Shown here: positions 9,929 to 18,610 of the stretch, piece by piece | Layout: every line of letters begins with the position of its first letter | How positions within the stretch are numbered: position 1 is the stretch's first letter | Origin: Bacteroidota bacterium | GTDB lineage: Bacteria > Bacteroidota > Bacteroidia > Sphingobacteriales > Sphingobacteriaceae | Direction of reading: 5' to 3' | DNA length: 64,000 nucleotides | NCBI GenBank assembly: GCA_040388395.1 | Contig: JAZKBY010000014.1 | Location: 143,800-207,799 of the forward strand | Translations under genes and position numbers: made by a program | Notes under the pieces: model-generated | What the model was told of the DNA's origin: nothing | What the model saw: only the letters and a program-made list of their open reading frames with translations | Databases searched by the model: none

Positions 9929-10312
9929 TTATTGCTTTAATTTAGCTTCCATTGTAAGCGTGGTATGCGGTACAGCACGTAAACGCTCTTTAGGTATCAG
10001 TTTACCGGTTTCGCGGCAAATACCGTAAGTTTTATTTTCAATACGCACCAAAGCGGCTTCTAATTGCTCAATAAATTTTTTCTGGCGTGCGGCTAACTGA
10101 TTGATCTGCTCTTTCTCTAAAGTTGCCGATCCGTCTTCCAGCGTTTTATAGGTACCGGCAGTGTCATCCGTACCGTTAGCATTTGGCGAGCTTAAAGAAG
10201 TTGCCAGTGCATTTAATTCTTCTTTAGCGCTTGCTAATTTATCTAATAACAGGTCTTTAAATTCCTTCAACTCGGTATCGCTGTACCTGGTTTTTTCGTT
10301 TTCTACTTTCAT
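9929..10312 (-). CDS. dksA: DksA/TraR-family transcription factor
   Basis: Coiled coil followed by AL.RI...TYGIC..TG..I..ERL.A.P; sits in the ileS-dksA-lspA cluster. Confidence 0.8.
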   Translation of the reverse strand: MKVENEKTRYSDTELKEFKDLLLDKLASAKEELNALATSLSSPNANGTDDTAGTYKTLEDGSATLEKEQINQLAARQKKFIEQLEAALVRIENKTYGICRETGKLIPKERLRAVPHTTLTMEAKLKQ

Positions 10313-13300
10313 TTATACTTTATTAATAGCAATAATTAATTCGTGTTCACCAATGGTGTGTTTTTCGCCCTCAGTTAGCTGATTATCAAAGGTTATGCTA
10401 TCAGCTAAAATTTCGGCGCAAATATATAATAAATTCTTATTTACCGCTTCTTCAATAATTCCGGGTGCATTTACAGTGACTGTTATCCTGTCAGTAACCT
10501 CAAAACCTGCGTTTTTACGCATGTTTTGTACCCTGTTAATAAATTCGCGTGATATCCCCTCCTCTTTTAATTCGTCGGTAAGGGTAACATCTAAAGCTAC
10601 GGTTAGTTTGCCTAAATTCGCTACCAGCCATCCCGGAACGTCTTCGGCAATAATTTCTACGTCAGTATTAACTATTAAGTACTTAGCATCCAGTATGTTG
10701 ATGCTGCCTTCTGCTTCTAGTTGGCTAATGTCTTCCTGCGTAAAATTATTAATAACATCGGCAACAACCTTCATGTCCTTGCCCACTTTAGCGCCAAGAG
10801 CCTTAAAGTTTGGCTTGATCTTCTTTTTAATAAAGCCAGCGGTATCGGTTATATACTCTATATCCTTGATGTTGGTTTCCGACAGGATCAGGTTTTTAAC
10901 CTGGTCGACCTGCGCTTTAAAACCTTTGTCCAGTATCGGCAGTAATATTTTGCTTAATGGCTGCCTAACCGGCAACTCAACCTTTTTACGCAATGATAAT
11001 ACCAATGAGGATATATCCTGCGCCATTTGCATGCGTTCTTCCAACCTGGTATTTACCAGATCAGCATTATACTCAGGGAAATAAGATAAGTGAACTGATT
11101 CAAATGCCTCTTTCTTAGTAACGCTGTTCAGATCAGTATATAAACGCTCGGCAAAGAATGGCGCTATCGGCGACATCAGCTTCGCTACCGAAATTAAGCA
11201 GGTATATAACGTTTGGTAAGCAGAAAGCTTATCGGCCGAGTTGTCTGACTTCCAGAAACGGCGGCGGCTTAAACGCACAAACCAGTTACTTAGGTTGATA
11301 TCCACAAAATCCTGGATAGCACGGGCAGCTTTGGTAGGCTCAAAATCAGCATAAAAAGCATCAACCTCTTTGCTAAGGGTGTTTAATAAAGATACGATCC
11401 ACTGGTCAATTTCAGGGCGGTCATTAATTGCAATCTCCGGCTCGGCATAGGTAAACTTATCAATGTTGGCATACATCACAAAGAATGTATAGGTATTATA
11501 AAGCGTACCAAAAAACTTACGTCGAACCTCATCAATACCATCAACATTAAACTTCAGGTTATCCCAAGGCGCGGCATTGCTAATCATGTACCAGCGCGGA
11601 GCATCGGCGCCAAACTGCTCAATAGTAGCAAACGGATCAACTCCATTACCCAGACGTTTTGACATTTTGTTGCCGTTTTTATCCAGCACCAAACCGTTTG
11701 ATATAACGTTTTTAAACGCTACACCTTTATTGCCAACGGCGGCATTAACTTCTTTTATCTCGTCGCTGGCTTCGCTTAGCATTACCGCTATGGCATGCAG
11801 GGTAAAGAACCAGCCACGCGTTTGATCCACACCTTCGGCAATAAAATCGGCCGGGTAAGAGTTTTTAAACTCTTCTTTATTCTCGAATGGGAAATGCCAT
11901 TGTGCATACGGCATGGCACCGCTATCAAACCAAACGTCGATCAGGTCGGGCTCGCGGAACATCTTGTTACCAGTTGATGATACCAATATCACATCGTCAA
12001 CATATGGGCGGTGCAAATCAAATTCTGAATTATTGAGTGATTGAATTATTGATTTGTTTTTCTCCAATTGTTCGGCAGATAAAGCGCCGCTTTCAACTGC
12101 TACTGCCAGTGCATCTTTTAACTCTTTTATAGAGCCAATACAAAGCTCCTCGCCGCCATCTTCTTCGCGCCAGATCGGCAACGGAGTACCCCAGTAACGT
12201 GAACGCGACAGGTTCCAGTCCACCAAATTTTCCAGCCAGTTACCAAAGCGGCCTGTACCGGTCGACTCCGGTTTCCAGTTGATAGTTTTGTTAAGCTCCA
12301 CCATTTTATCCTTAACAGCAGTGGTTTTAATAAACCAGCTGTCTAACGGATAATATAAAATTGGCTCATCGCTGCGCCACGAGTGTGGGTAGCTGTGTTC
12401 GTATTTCTTGACGTCGAACGCTTTATTCTCAGTCTTTAATTTTATGGAGATGAGTACGTCGGTAGGTTTAAAGCCTTCAACCGCGCGCTCTTCTGTGCTG
12501 TAATAATCTTCTTTAACGTAGTAACCTGCATAATCGGTAACCTCATCAACAAACTTACCTTGCTTGTTAACCAGTGGTACGTCTTTACCTGCTTCGTCTT
12601 TTACCATAACGGCAGGTACGCCGTTTTCTTTTGCTACCCTAAAGTCATCGCTGCCAAAGGTTGGGGCAATGTGTACTATGCCGGTACCATCTTCGGTAGT
12701 AACAAAATCGCCTGCAATAACGCGGAAACCATTTTGCTCCAAATCGGCATTGGTCACATACGGCATTAATTGCTCGTAGTGTAGGCCAACTAATTCAGAT
12801 CCTTTATAAGTTCCCTTTATTGCCCAGGGGATGATCTTATCGCCGGCTTTATAATCAGCAAACGAAGCATTTTCGCCGTCGGCCTTAAATAGCTTGCTCA
12901 CCAAATCTTTTGCCAATACAACGGCAATAGGCTCGAAAGTATAAGGGTTAAAGGTTGCTACTTTAACGTAGCTTATCTTTTCGCCAACGGCTAAAGCGCT
13001 GTTTGATGGAAGTGTCCACGGTGTGGTGGTCCATGCTAAAATAAACAGGTCGGTATTGATGTCGCTATATAAAAACTCCGAATCCTTATCACGCTTAACC
13101 TTAAACTGAGCTGTAATAGTGGTATCCTTCACCATTTTATAAGTACCCGGCTGGTTCAGCTCGTGCGAGCTTAAGCCGGTACCCGATTTTGGCGAATAAG
13201 GCTGGATAGTATACCCTTTATATAAAAATCCTTTATCGTGCAATTGCTTCAATATCCACCAAAGCGATTCGATATAGTTGTTCTCGTAAGTTACATAAGG

Positions 13301-13735
13301 GTTTTCCAGGTCGACCCAGTAGCCCATCTTTTCGGTAAGGTCGTTCCAGATGTCTGTGTAACGCATTACCTCCTTGCGGCAGGCATCATTATATTCTTTA
13401 ACGGTAATTTTTTTACCTATGTCTTCTTTGGTAATGCCCAAAGCTTTCTCGACAGCCAATTCAATAGGCAGGCCGTGGGTATCCCAACCGCCTTTGCGCT
13501 TTACCTGGTAGCCCTTTAAAGTTTTGTAACGGCAAAAAATATCCTTTATGGCGCGGGCCATAACGTGGTGAATGCCCGGCATGCCGTTAGCACTTGGCGG
13601 GCCTTCGTAAAATGTATATGGGTTATCGGCAGGGCGGCTACTGATGCTTTTTTCGAAGATGTTATGCTTCTTCCAAAACTCCAGCACATCTTTGCCTGTT
13701 TCCGATAAATTTAACTGCTTATATTCCTTGTACAT
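10313..13735 (-). CDS. ileS: Isoleucyl-tRNA synthetase (type 2, eukaryote-like)
   Basis: FYEGPPSANG.PG.HH, GWDTHGLP, WTTTPWTLP, LSRSRYWGTPLP, AEGVDQTRGWF and KMSKR motifs. Likely start MYKEY at 13735; the ORF track extends to 13753. Confidence 0.97.
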   Translation of the reverse strand: MYKEYKQLNLSETGKDVLEFWKKHNIFEKSISSRPADNPYTFYEGPPSANGMPGIHHVMARAIKDIFCRYKTLKGYQVKRKGGWDTHGLPIELAVEKALGITKEDIGKKITVKEYNDACRKEVMRYTDIWNDLTEKMGYWVDLENPYVTYENNYIESLWWILKQLHDKGFLYKGYTIQPYSPKSGTGLSSHELNQPGTYKMVKDTTITAQFKVKRDKDSEFLYSDINTDLFILAWTTTPWTLPSNSALAVGEKISYVKVATFNPYTFEPIAVVLAKDLVSKLFKADGENASFADYKAGDKIIPWAIKGTYKGSELVGLHYEQLMPYVTNADLEQNGFRVIAGDFVTTEDGTGIVHIAPTFGSDDFRVAKENGVPAVMVKDEAGKDVPLVNKQGKFVDEVTDYAGYYVKEDYYSTEERAVEGFKPTDVLISIKLKTENKAFDVKKYEHSYPHSWRSDEPILYYPLDSWFIKTTAVKDKMVELNKTINWKPESTGTGRFGNWLENLVDWNLSRSRYWGTPLPIWREEDGGEELCIGSIKELKDALAVAVESGALSAEQLEKNKSIIQSLNNSEFDLHRPYVDDVILVSSTGNKMFREPDLIDVWFDSGAMPYAQWHFPFENKEEFKNSYPADFIAEGVDQTRGWFFTLHAIAVMLSEASDEIKEVNAAVGNKGVAFKNVISNGLVLDKNGNKMSKRLGNGVDPFATIEQFGADAPRWYMISNAAPWDNLKFNVDGIDEVRRKFFGTLYNTYTFFVMYANIDKFTYAEPEIAINDRPEIDQWIVSLLNTLSKEVDAFYADFEPTKAARAIQDFVDINLSNWFVRLSRRRFWKSDNSADKLSAYQTLYTCLISVAKLMSPIAPFFAERLYTDLNSVTKKEAFESVHLSYFPEYNADLVNTRLEERMQMAQDISSLVLSLRKKVELPVRQPLSKILLPILDKGFKAQVDQVKNLILSETNIKDIEYITDTAGFIKKKIKPNFKALGAKVGKDMKVVADVINNFTQEDISQLEAEGSINILDAKYLIVNTDVEIIAEDVPGWLVANLGKLTVALDVTLTDELKEEGISREFINRVQNMRKNAGFEVTDRITVTVNAPGIIEEAVNKNLLYICAEILADSITFDNQLTEGEKHTIGEHELIIAINKV

Positions 13736-13766
13736 TATGCTACTACACCTCAAATTTTAGAGGTTG

Positions 13767-13774
13767 CAAAAGTA
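13767..13774 (-). promoter_or_regulatory. Bacteroidota sigma-A -7 element for ileS-dksA-lspA
   Basis: TACTTTTG on the minus strand matches TAnnTTTG, about 30 nt upstream of the ATG. Confidence 0.6.
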
Positions 13775-13921
13775 CGGATTTACAATGAAAAAATGTATAT
13801 ATAGAATGGGAAAATGTGTTGACGGTGATGAGATTAGGAGTAAGTTATGATATTGGTGATATAAGTAATATTAAATGGGTCATGTATTGAAAACATTTAT
13901 CAAAGTTTTTTTATCATTTTG

Positions 13922-14013
13922 GCGTTTCCCCGATTAAAATCGGGGCCAGGCTTTCCGCTCATACGCCTTCAGGCCTTAGGCGCAGGGCCGGTATCCGCTG
14001 CAATCCTTAACGC
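13922..14013. repeat. Putative short interspersed structured element
   Basis: gcgtt...aacgc ends, ccccgat-taaa-atcgggg hairpin and internal repeat TCCGCT x2. GC-rich island in an AT-rich spacer; single copy in this window. Confidence 0.4.
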
Positions 14014-14098
14014 GCAACGTCCTACATCCTGCAAATGATACTCATCGCTGTCTATTTTTCGTTAAATTTACCCTAACCATAATCAATCTTGAACCAGC

Positions 14099-15985
14099 AT
14101 GATCAGATATAAATTAACGCAGTACATAATTGTTTTGATAGCCCTGCCCTTTGGCACCTATGCCCAAAGCAGTAACAACTTTAAAGCTACCGACAGGTTT
14201 TTCGGCGTACATTTTGATTTTCATGCCAATCCGGATACTAAAGGCATAGGCAAAACATTAAAGAACGAGGACGTAGCCTACATGCTGAATAATGTTCAGC
14301 CCGACTACATCCAGGTAGATACAAAAGGCCACCCGGGGATCTCAAGTTATCCCACAAAGGTTGGCGTTGCCGCCCCCGAAATAGCAAAAGACCCGCTGCT
14401 GATCTTTCGCGAAGAAACGGCTAAGAAAAGTGTTGCCCTGTTTTCGCATTTCTCGGGCGTGCTGGACGCGCAGGCTGTTAAAGATCACCCGGATTGGGCA
14501 CGGATCAACGCTAACGGGCAGCCCGACAAAGGCGCGACCTCTATTTTTAGTAAGTATGCCGATGATTATTTTATCCCGCAGTTGAAAGAGCTAAGCGATA
14601 AATACAACATTAATGGTGTTTGGGTTGATGGCGATTGTTGGGCACTGCAGCCCGATTATTCGCCCGAGGCATTGGCTGCGTACAAAAAATATAGTGGTAA
14701 AGATACTGCACCGCATTCAAGGAAAGATGCAGACTGGCCCGATTATGTGCAGTTTACCCGGTACGCTTTCAGGCAATATTTAAACCATTACTTTAAAGCG
14801 GTGCATAAAAATAACCCTAAGTTTTTAATCACCAGTAACTGGTCGTTCTCTTCATTTATGCCGGGGATGGTTGACGAGTCGGTTGATTATCTATCAGGCG
14901 ATTTTACCAGTGATGCCGTACCAGATGTAAACTTTGAAGCGCGTGCGCTGGCTCCGCAAGGCAAGCCGTGGGACCTGATGGCATGGGGTTTTATGAGCGA
15001 TAAAAATGGCAAAGGTTTCTACTGGAAAACTGCCCGGCAATTAGAGCAGAAGGCTGCATTGGTGTTATCGCAAGGTGGTGGGTACCAGGTATATGTTCCG
15101 CAAAAGCGCGATGCATCATTGCAGTTAGAAATGGTGCCAACACTAACCGAAATATCAAAGTTTGCGCACGAGCGTAAAGCTTATTGTTATCAAACAACGC
15201 CTATCCCGCAAGTAGCACTATTGTTATCTGCCTATGGGCATTATAATGAATCGCCGGGGGTATTTGAGAACGGACAGGGCGGAAATAACAATGTTAAAGG
15301 CACGCTGGCTATGTTGCTCAACTCTCAATATAGCGTACAGTTGTTGCAGGAACATCATCTGCAAAACAGCTTAGCCAATTACCCGGTGTTAGTCATATCC
15401 GAGTGGAAAAAACTGCAGCCTGAATTTGTAATAAAGATCGAAAGTTATGTACGCGAAGGGGGGAAAGTTTTAGCTATTGGCGATAAACATATATTCACTA
15501 ACTCGCTGCCTGAAACTGTATCAACAAGCACCGATAACATAGCCAAACTGCCGGTACGGATGCAAGCCTATGGCAAAGGAATGATAGCTTGTATCGACGA
15601 TAATATATCGCTTAAATATGCCAAAACAGGTAACGATACTTTGCGCCAGGCAGTTGCGGGTGTATTAAAGAGTTTATTTCCCAATCCTAAAATTGCGGTA
15701 ACCGGGTCGACAAAGGTGCATGTTACTATCAACAAGAAAAATAGAACCACGCTGGTGCATCTTATTAATGTTGACGATCATTTTGATACTTTGCCCAATA
15801 ACCAGCTTGATTTTAAATTGCCCACTATAACATCGCCATTAAGTGTATCGGTTAAGATGGCAGCAAAACCGTTATCGGTTAAAATGCAGCCGGGTAATAT
15901 CGTGGTTCCATTTACTTATGCTAACGGTACGGTAAAGTTTAATGTGAATGGGGTTGATGTTTATTCGATAGTGGAAATAAAATAG
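14099..15985 (+). CDS. Secreted putative glycoside hydrolase (GHL6/GH29-like TIM barrel plus GH42-type trimerisation domain)
   Basis: Signal peptide; HFDFH, KGHPG.S.YPT and G.WVDG motifs, then a class-I glutamine amidotransferase-like domain. Confidence 0.7.
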   Translation: MIRYKLTQYIIVLIALPFGTYAQSSNNFKATDRFFGVHFDFHANPDTKGIGKTLKNEDVAYMLNNVQPDYIQVDTKGHPGISSYPTKVGVAAPEIAKDPLLIFREETAKKSVALFSHFSGVLDAQAVKDHPDWARINANGQPDKGATSIFSKYADDYFIPQLKELSDKYNINGVWVDGDCWALQPDYSPEALAAYKKYSGKDTAPHSRKDADWPDYVQFTRYAFRQYLNHYFKAVHKNNPKFLITSNWSFSSFMPGMVDESVDYLSGDFTSDAVPDVNFEARALAPQGKPWDLMAWGFMSDKNGKGFYWKTARQLEQKAALVLSQGGGYQVYVPQKRDASLQLEMVPTLTEISKFAHERKAYCYQTTPIPQVALLLSAYGHYNESPGVFENGQGGNNNVKGTLAMLLNSQYSVQLLQEHHLQNSLANYPVLVISEWKKLQPEFVIKIESYVREGGKVLAIGDKHIFTNSLPETVSTSTDNIAKLPVRMQAYGKGMIACIDDNISLKYAKTGNDTLRQAVAGVLKSLFPNPKIAVTGSTKVHVTINKKNRTTLVHLINVDDHFDTLPNNQLDFKLPTITSPLSVSVKMAAKPLSVKMQPGNIVVPFTYANGTVKFNVNGVDVYSIVEIK

Positions 15986-16030
15986 ATGGTTATGCGAACA
16001 AAGGTTAATAGCCGTTTTTAAAGCTATATG

Positions 16031-16852
16031 CTAATTAATTGTCTTGCTATATTTATAAAGGGTTACTTTTTTCGCTTTAAGATCGATTTTAGCATACCCG
16101 CCAATAATACCTGTATAAAGTGTGTTTTTATTGGCCATGACAAGCTCATTCGGGCCCAATCCGGTCCAAAATAAATTATCTAATTCCAATTCTTTCTTCC
16201 ACTTATTAAAAATATAAAACCTGCCAAATGTTGCTAAGTAAATTCTATCCCCTTTAATCAAAAAAGATGCTGGCGCGTTATCAATTTCCAGTACCTTTTT
16301 AATATTACATCCTTGTTCATTAACCTCGATTTTGTAGACTGCGCCGCGATTAATACCCATGTGCGCCAATCCTTCTATAAAGTAGATGCTGTCCCTGTAT
16401 TTAAAAAAGCTATCTATATTTCCTCCCATCAATTCAAACTGGCTGCTTTTTAACCTGCTTTTTTGAGTACTATCGTGCAACATGTGGGTGTAGAAATTTC
16501 GGTTATAGCTTTTTAAGTTGGTCGGTTTGCCATTTACATTAAAATATTTTAACGTTGTATCATTAGGCTGATAATATAGTGTCCCACCAAACTCGCCAAC
16601 ATTAATTGCCCAAAGAGTTCCTCCCGGCAGCTTATATTCAGCTCCACGGTTATTATTGTTAAGATCTGTAATATTCAGCTTACCCTTTACGATGCTGGTC
16701 TTATAAGATTTCCAATTTTTTCCACCCATAGTATACCACTCAGGGCTATACGGTTTGGGTGCAGGTGTTTCTATAAAATCTTTTAAATCATGAGTTTGCC
16801 CGAAACAAACGGCTGAAAAAGAAAGTATAAATAAGGTTAACAGGATCTTCAT
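16031..16852 (-). CDS. Hypothetical secreted protein
   Basis: 273-aa ORF with signal peptide; AT-rich. Confidence 0.7.
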   Translation of the reverse strand: MKILLTLFILSFSAVCFGQTHDLKDFIETPAPKPYSPEWYTMGGKNWKSYKTSIVKGKLNITDLNNNNRGAEYKLPGGTLWAINVGEFGGTLYYQPNDTTLKYFNVNGKPTNLKSYNRNFYTHMLHDSTQKSRLKSSQFELMGGNIDSFFKYRDSIYFIEGLAHMGINRGAVYKIEVNEQGCNIKKVLEIDNAPASFLIKGDRIYLATFGRFYIFNKWKKELELDNLFWTGLGPNELVMANKNTLYTGIIGGYAKIDLKAKKVTLYKYSKTIN

Positions 16853-16890
16853 AGATTAAGTTTGTTAAAGATATGAGTAAATTTGACCTA

Positions 16891-17256
16891 ATGAAAAAAC
16901 TCATCCGCAGTTTTGGGTATGCTTTTAAGGGATTGGGCCATGCGGCTAAAACGCAGCTAAATTTCAGGGTGCACCTGGTAGCATCCATACTGGCTATTTT
17001 TATGGGGTATGCTTTACATATAGCTGTAAACGAGTGGCAGTGGATCATCCTCTGCATCGCCCTGGTTTTAATGGCCGAACTGTTTAACACCGCCCTTGAG
17101 TTTTTAGTCGACTTGGTATCGCCCGAATATAATGAGACCGCCGGCCATGTCAAGGATATTAGTGCCGGTGCGGTGGTCGTTGCCGCTTTGTTTGCGTTGA
17201 TAACAGGCGCTATTATTTTCTTACCTAAATTGCTGTTGCTTATCCATGCTGCATAA
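16891..17256 (+). CDS. dgkA: Diacylglycerol/undecaprenol kinase family protein
   Basis: SF.YAF.GL, E.FNTALE..VD.VSPE and KD.SAGAV motifs. Confidence 0.9.
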   Translation: MKKLIRSFGYAFKGLGHAAKTQLNFRVHLVASILAIFMGYALHIAVNEWQWIILCIALVLMAELFNTALEFLVDLVSPEYNETAGHVKDISAGAVVVAALFALITGAIIFLPKLLLLIHAA

Positions 17257-17971
17257 AACCAGGGGCATCGTACTAAAAACCACCGACTATGGCGAAAGCA
17301 GTGTTATAGTACAGGTTTTTACGGAAAAGCTTGGGCTGCAATCGTACATCATTAATGGGGTAAAAAAGCCGAAGGCGAAAATAAGCCGCAATATGCTTCA
17401 GCCGCTGCACCTATTGGATATGGTAGTTTACCACAAAGCGGCAGGCAATGTACAACGTATAGCCGAACTTAAAACCTCGCCGGTACTGCTTAGCATCCCT
17501 TACGACGTTATAAAAAGCAGCATGGCCATGTTTTTAAACGAGGTGCTGTATAAGTCTATCCGCCAGCAAACTGCAGACGAGAACCTGTTTGATTTTGTTT
17601 TCAGCGCTATAGAATGGCTGGATCATCAAACCGTGGGCCTGGCTAATTTCCACCTGCTTTTTTTATTACAGCTTACCCGCTACCTGGGCTTTTATCCCGA
17701 CAGGTACCAGGCCAATGTAGCTGATTATTTTGACCTGAAAAATGGGGTGTTTGTAAAGTATAAGCCCGATAGTGTTTCATATTTATCGCCACCACATACT
17801 CAAAATTTTGGCAAGTTATTACAATGTAATTTTGAGAGCCTGCCTGCATTAAAACTAACTAATGATGAGCGCCGGTATTTAATAGCCAAACTGCTTGAAT
17901 ACTACGCCCTGCATATAGAGAGTTTTGGCAGTATCCATTCGCACGAGATACTGGAAGAGGTGTTGGGATAA
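17246..17971 (+). CDS. recO: DNA repair protein RecO
   Basis: KTRGIVL....YGE.S.IV..FTE..G and LQPL..LD motifs; RecO_C region. Confidence 0.93.
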   Translation: MLHKTRGIVLKTTDYGESSVIVQVFTEKLGLQSYIINGVKKPKAKISRNMLQPLHLLDMVVYHKAAGNVQRIAELKTSPVLLSIPYDVIKSSMAMFLNEVLYKSIRQQTADENLFDFVFSAIEWLDHQTVGLANFHLLFLLQLTRYLGFYPDRYQANVADYFDLKNGVFVKYKPDSVSYLSPPHTQNFGKLLQCNFESLPALKLTNDERRYLIAKLLEYYALHIESFGSIHSHEILEEVLG

Positions 17972-18056
17972 GCCCCACCCAACCCTCCCCGGAAGGGAGG
18001 GCTAAAAAAATGTCAAATTAAAAGTCTCCCCTACCGGGGGAGATTTAAAGGGGGCT
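17971..18056. repeat. REPIN-like inverted doublet (family A), non-autonomous
   Basis: agccccacccaa-ccctccc/gggaggg-ct, an 18-nt spacer, then aagtctcccc-taccg-ggggagatttaaagggggct. The right unit matches 58143-58177 (inverted) at 34/35 nt. Confidence 0.85.
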
Positions 18057-18308
18057 TTACACCTGCAATCCTAAAACCTTTTTCTTTATAAAATCTATGC
18101 TGGAGTCGGGCAGGTTTGAGCCGCCTATTTGTGTTAACGTATTGTCGCTATTGATTTTAAGTTCGGATATAATGTTATCGTCAATAATAACATGTAATAT
18201 ATCATGTTCTTTCTCTACCTGGCAATTTACCTCGCGGCCGGAGTAGTGTAGTTCAAATTGGTATTTCCCGTCTTTTTCGGCTGGTGTAGTGTCTTTTAAC
18301 TCGATCAT
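18057..18308 (-). CDS. Hypothetical protein
   Basis: 83-aa ORF with A-rich upstream region. Confidence 0.65.
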   Translation of the reverse strand: MIELKDTTPAEKDGKYQFELHYSGREVNCQVEKEHDILHVIIDDNIISELKINSDNTLTQIGGSNLPDSSIDFIKKKVLGLQV

Positions 18309-18395
18309 GGCTTGGTGTTTTATTTTTATAACACCATAAAGTGCAGGATGTTTATCTTAACTGTATTTACTTTAAGCTATAAAAAGCTTTTAACC

Positions 18396-18490
18396 AAAAA
18401 GAGAGGGCTTGCAAGCTCTCTCTCCTGTACTAACTGACTCATTAACTTACCATAAAGAACAATTGGTGTAGCTCGATAATAACAATTGTA
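18396..18490 (-). ncRNA. Candidate ~90-nt small RNA
   Basis: Exact TATATTTG promoter (18491-18498, minus strand), then an ORF-less stretch ending in agagagagct-tgca-agccctctct-TTTT terminator. Confidence 0.4.
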
Positions 18491-18610
18491 CAAATATAAA
18501 TTCTACAGAGTTAATAGGTTAATATTCCCGGTAGTTTTAACATGGATTTAACACTATACTTTTACACAAATGGCTAATAATTAACAATTAAAGGGTCGAA
18601 AACGCCTGTA

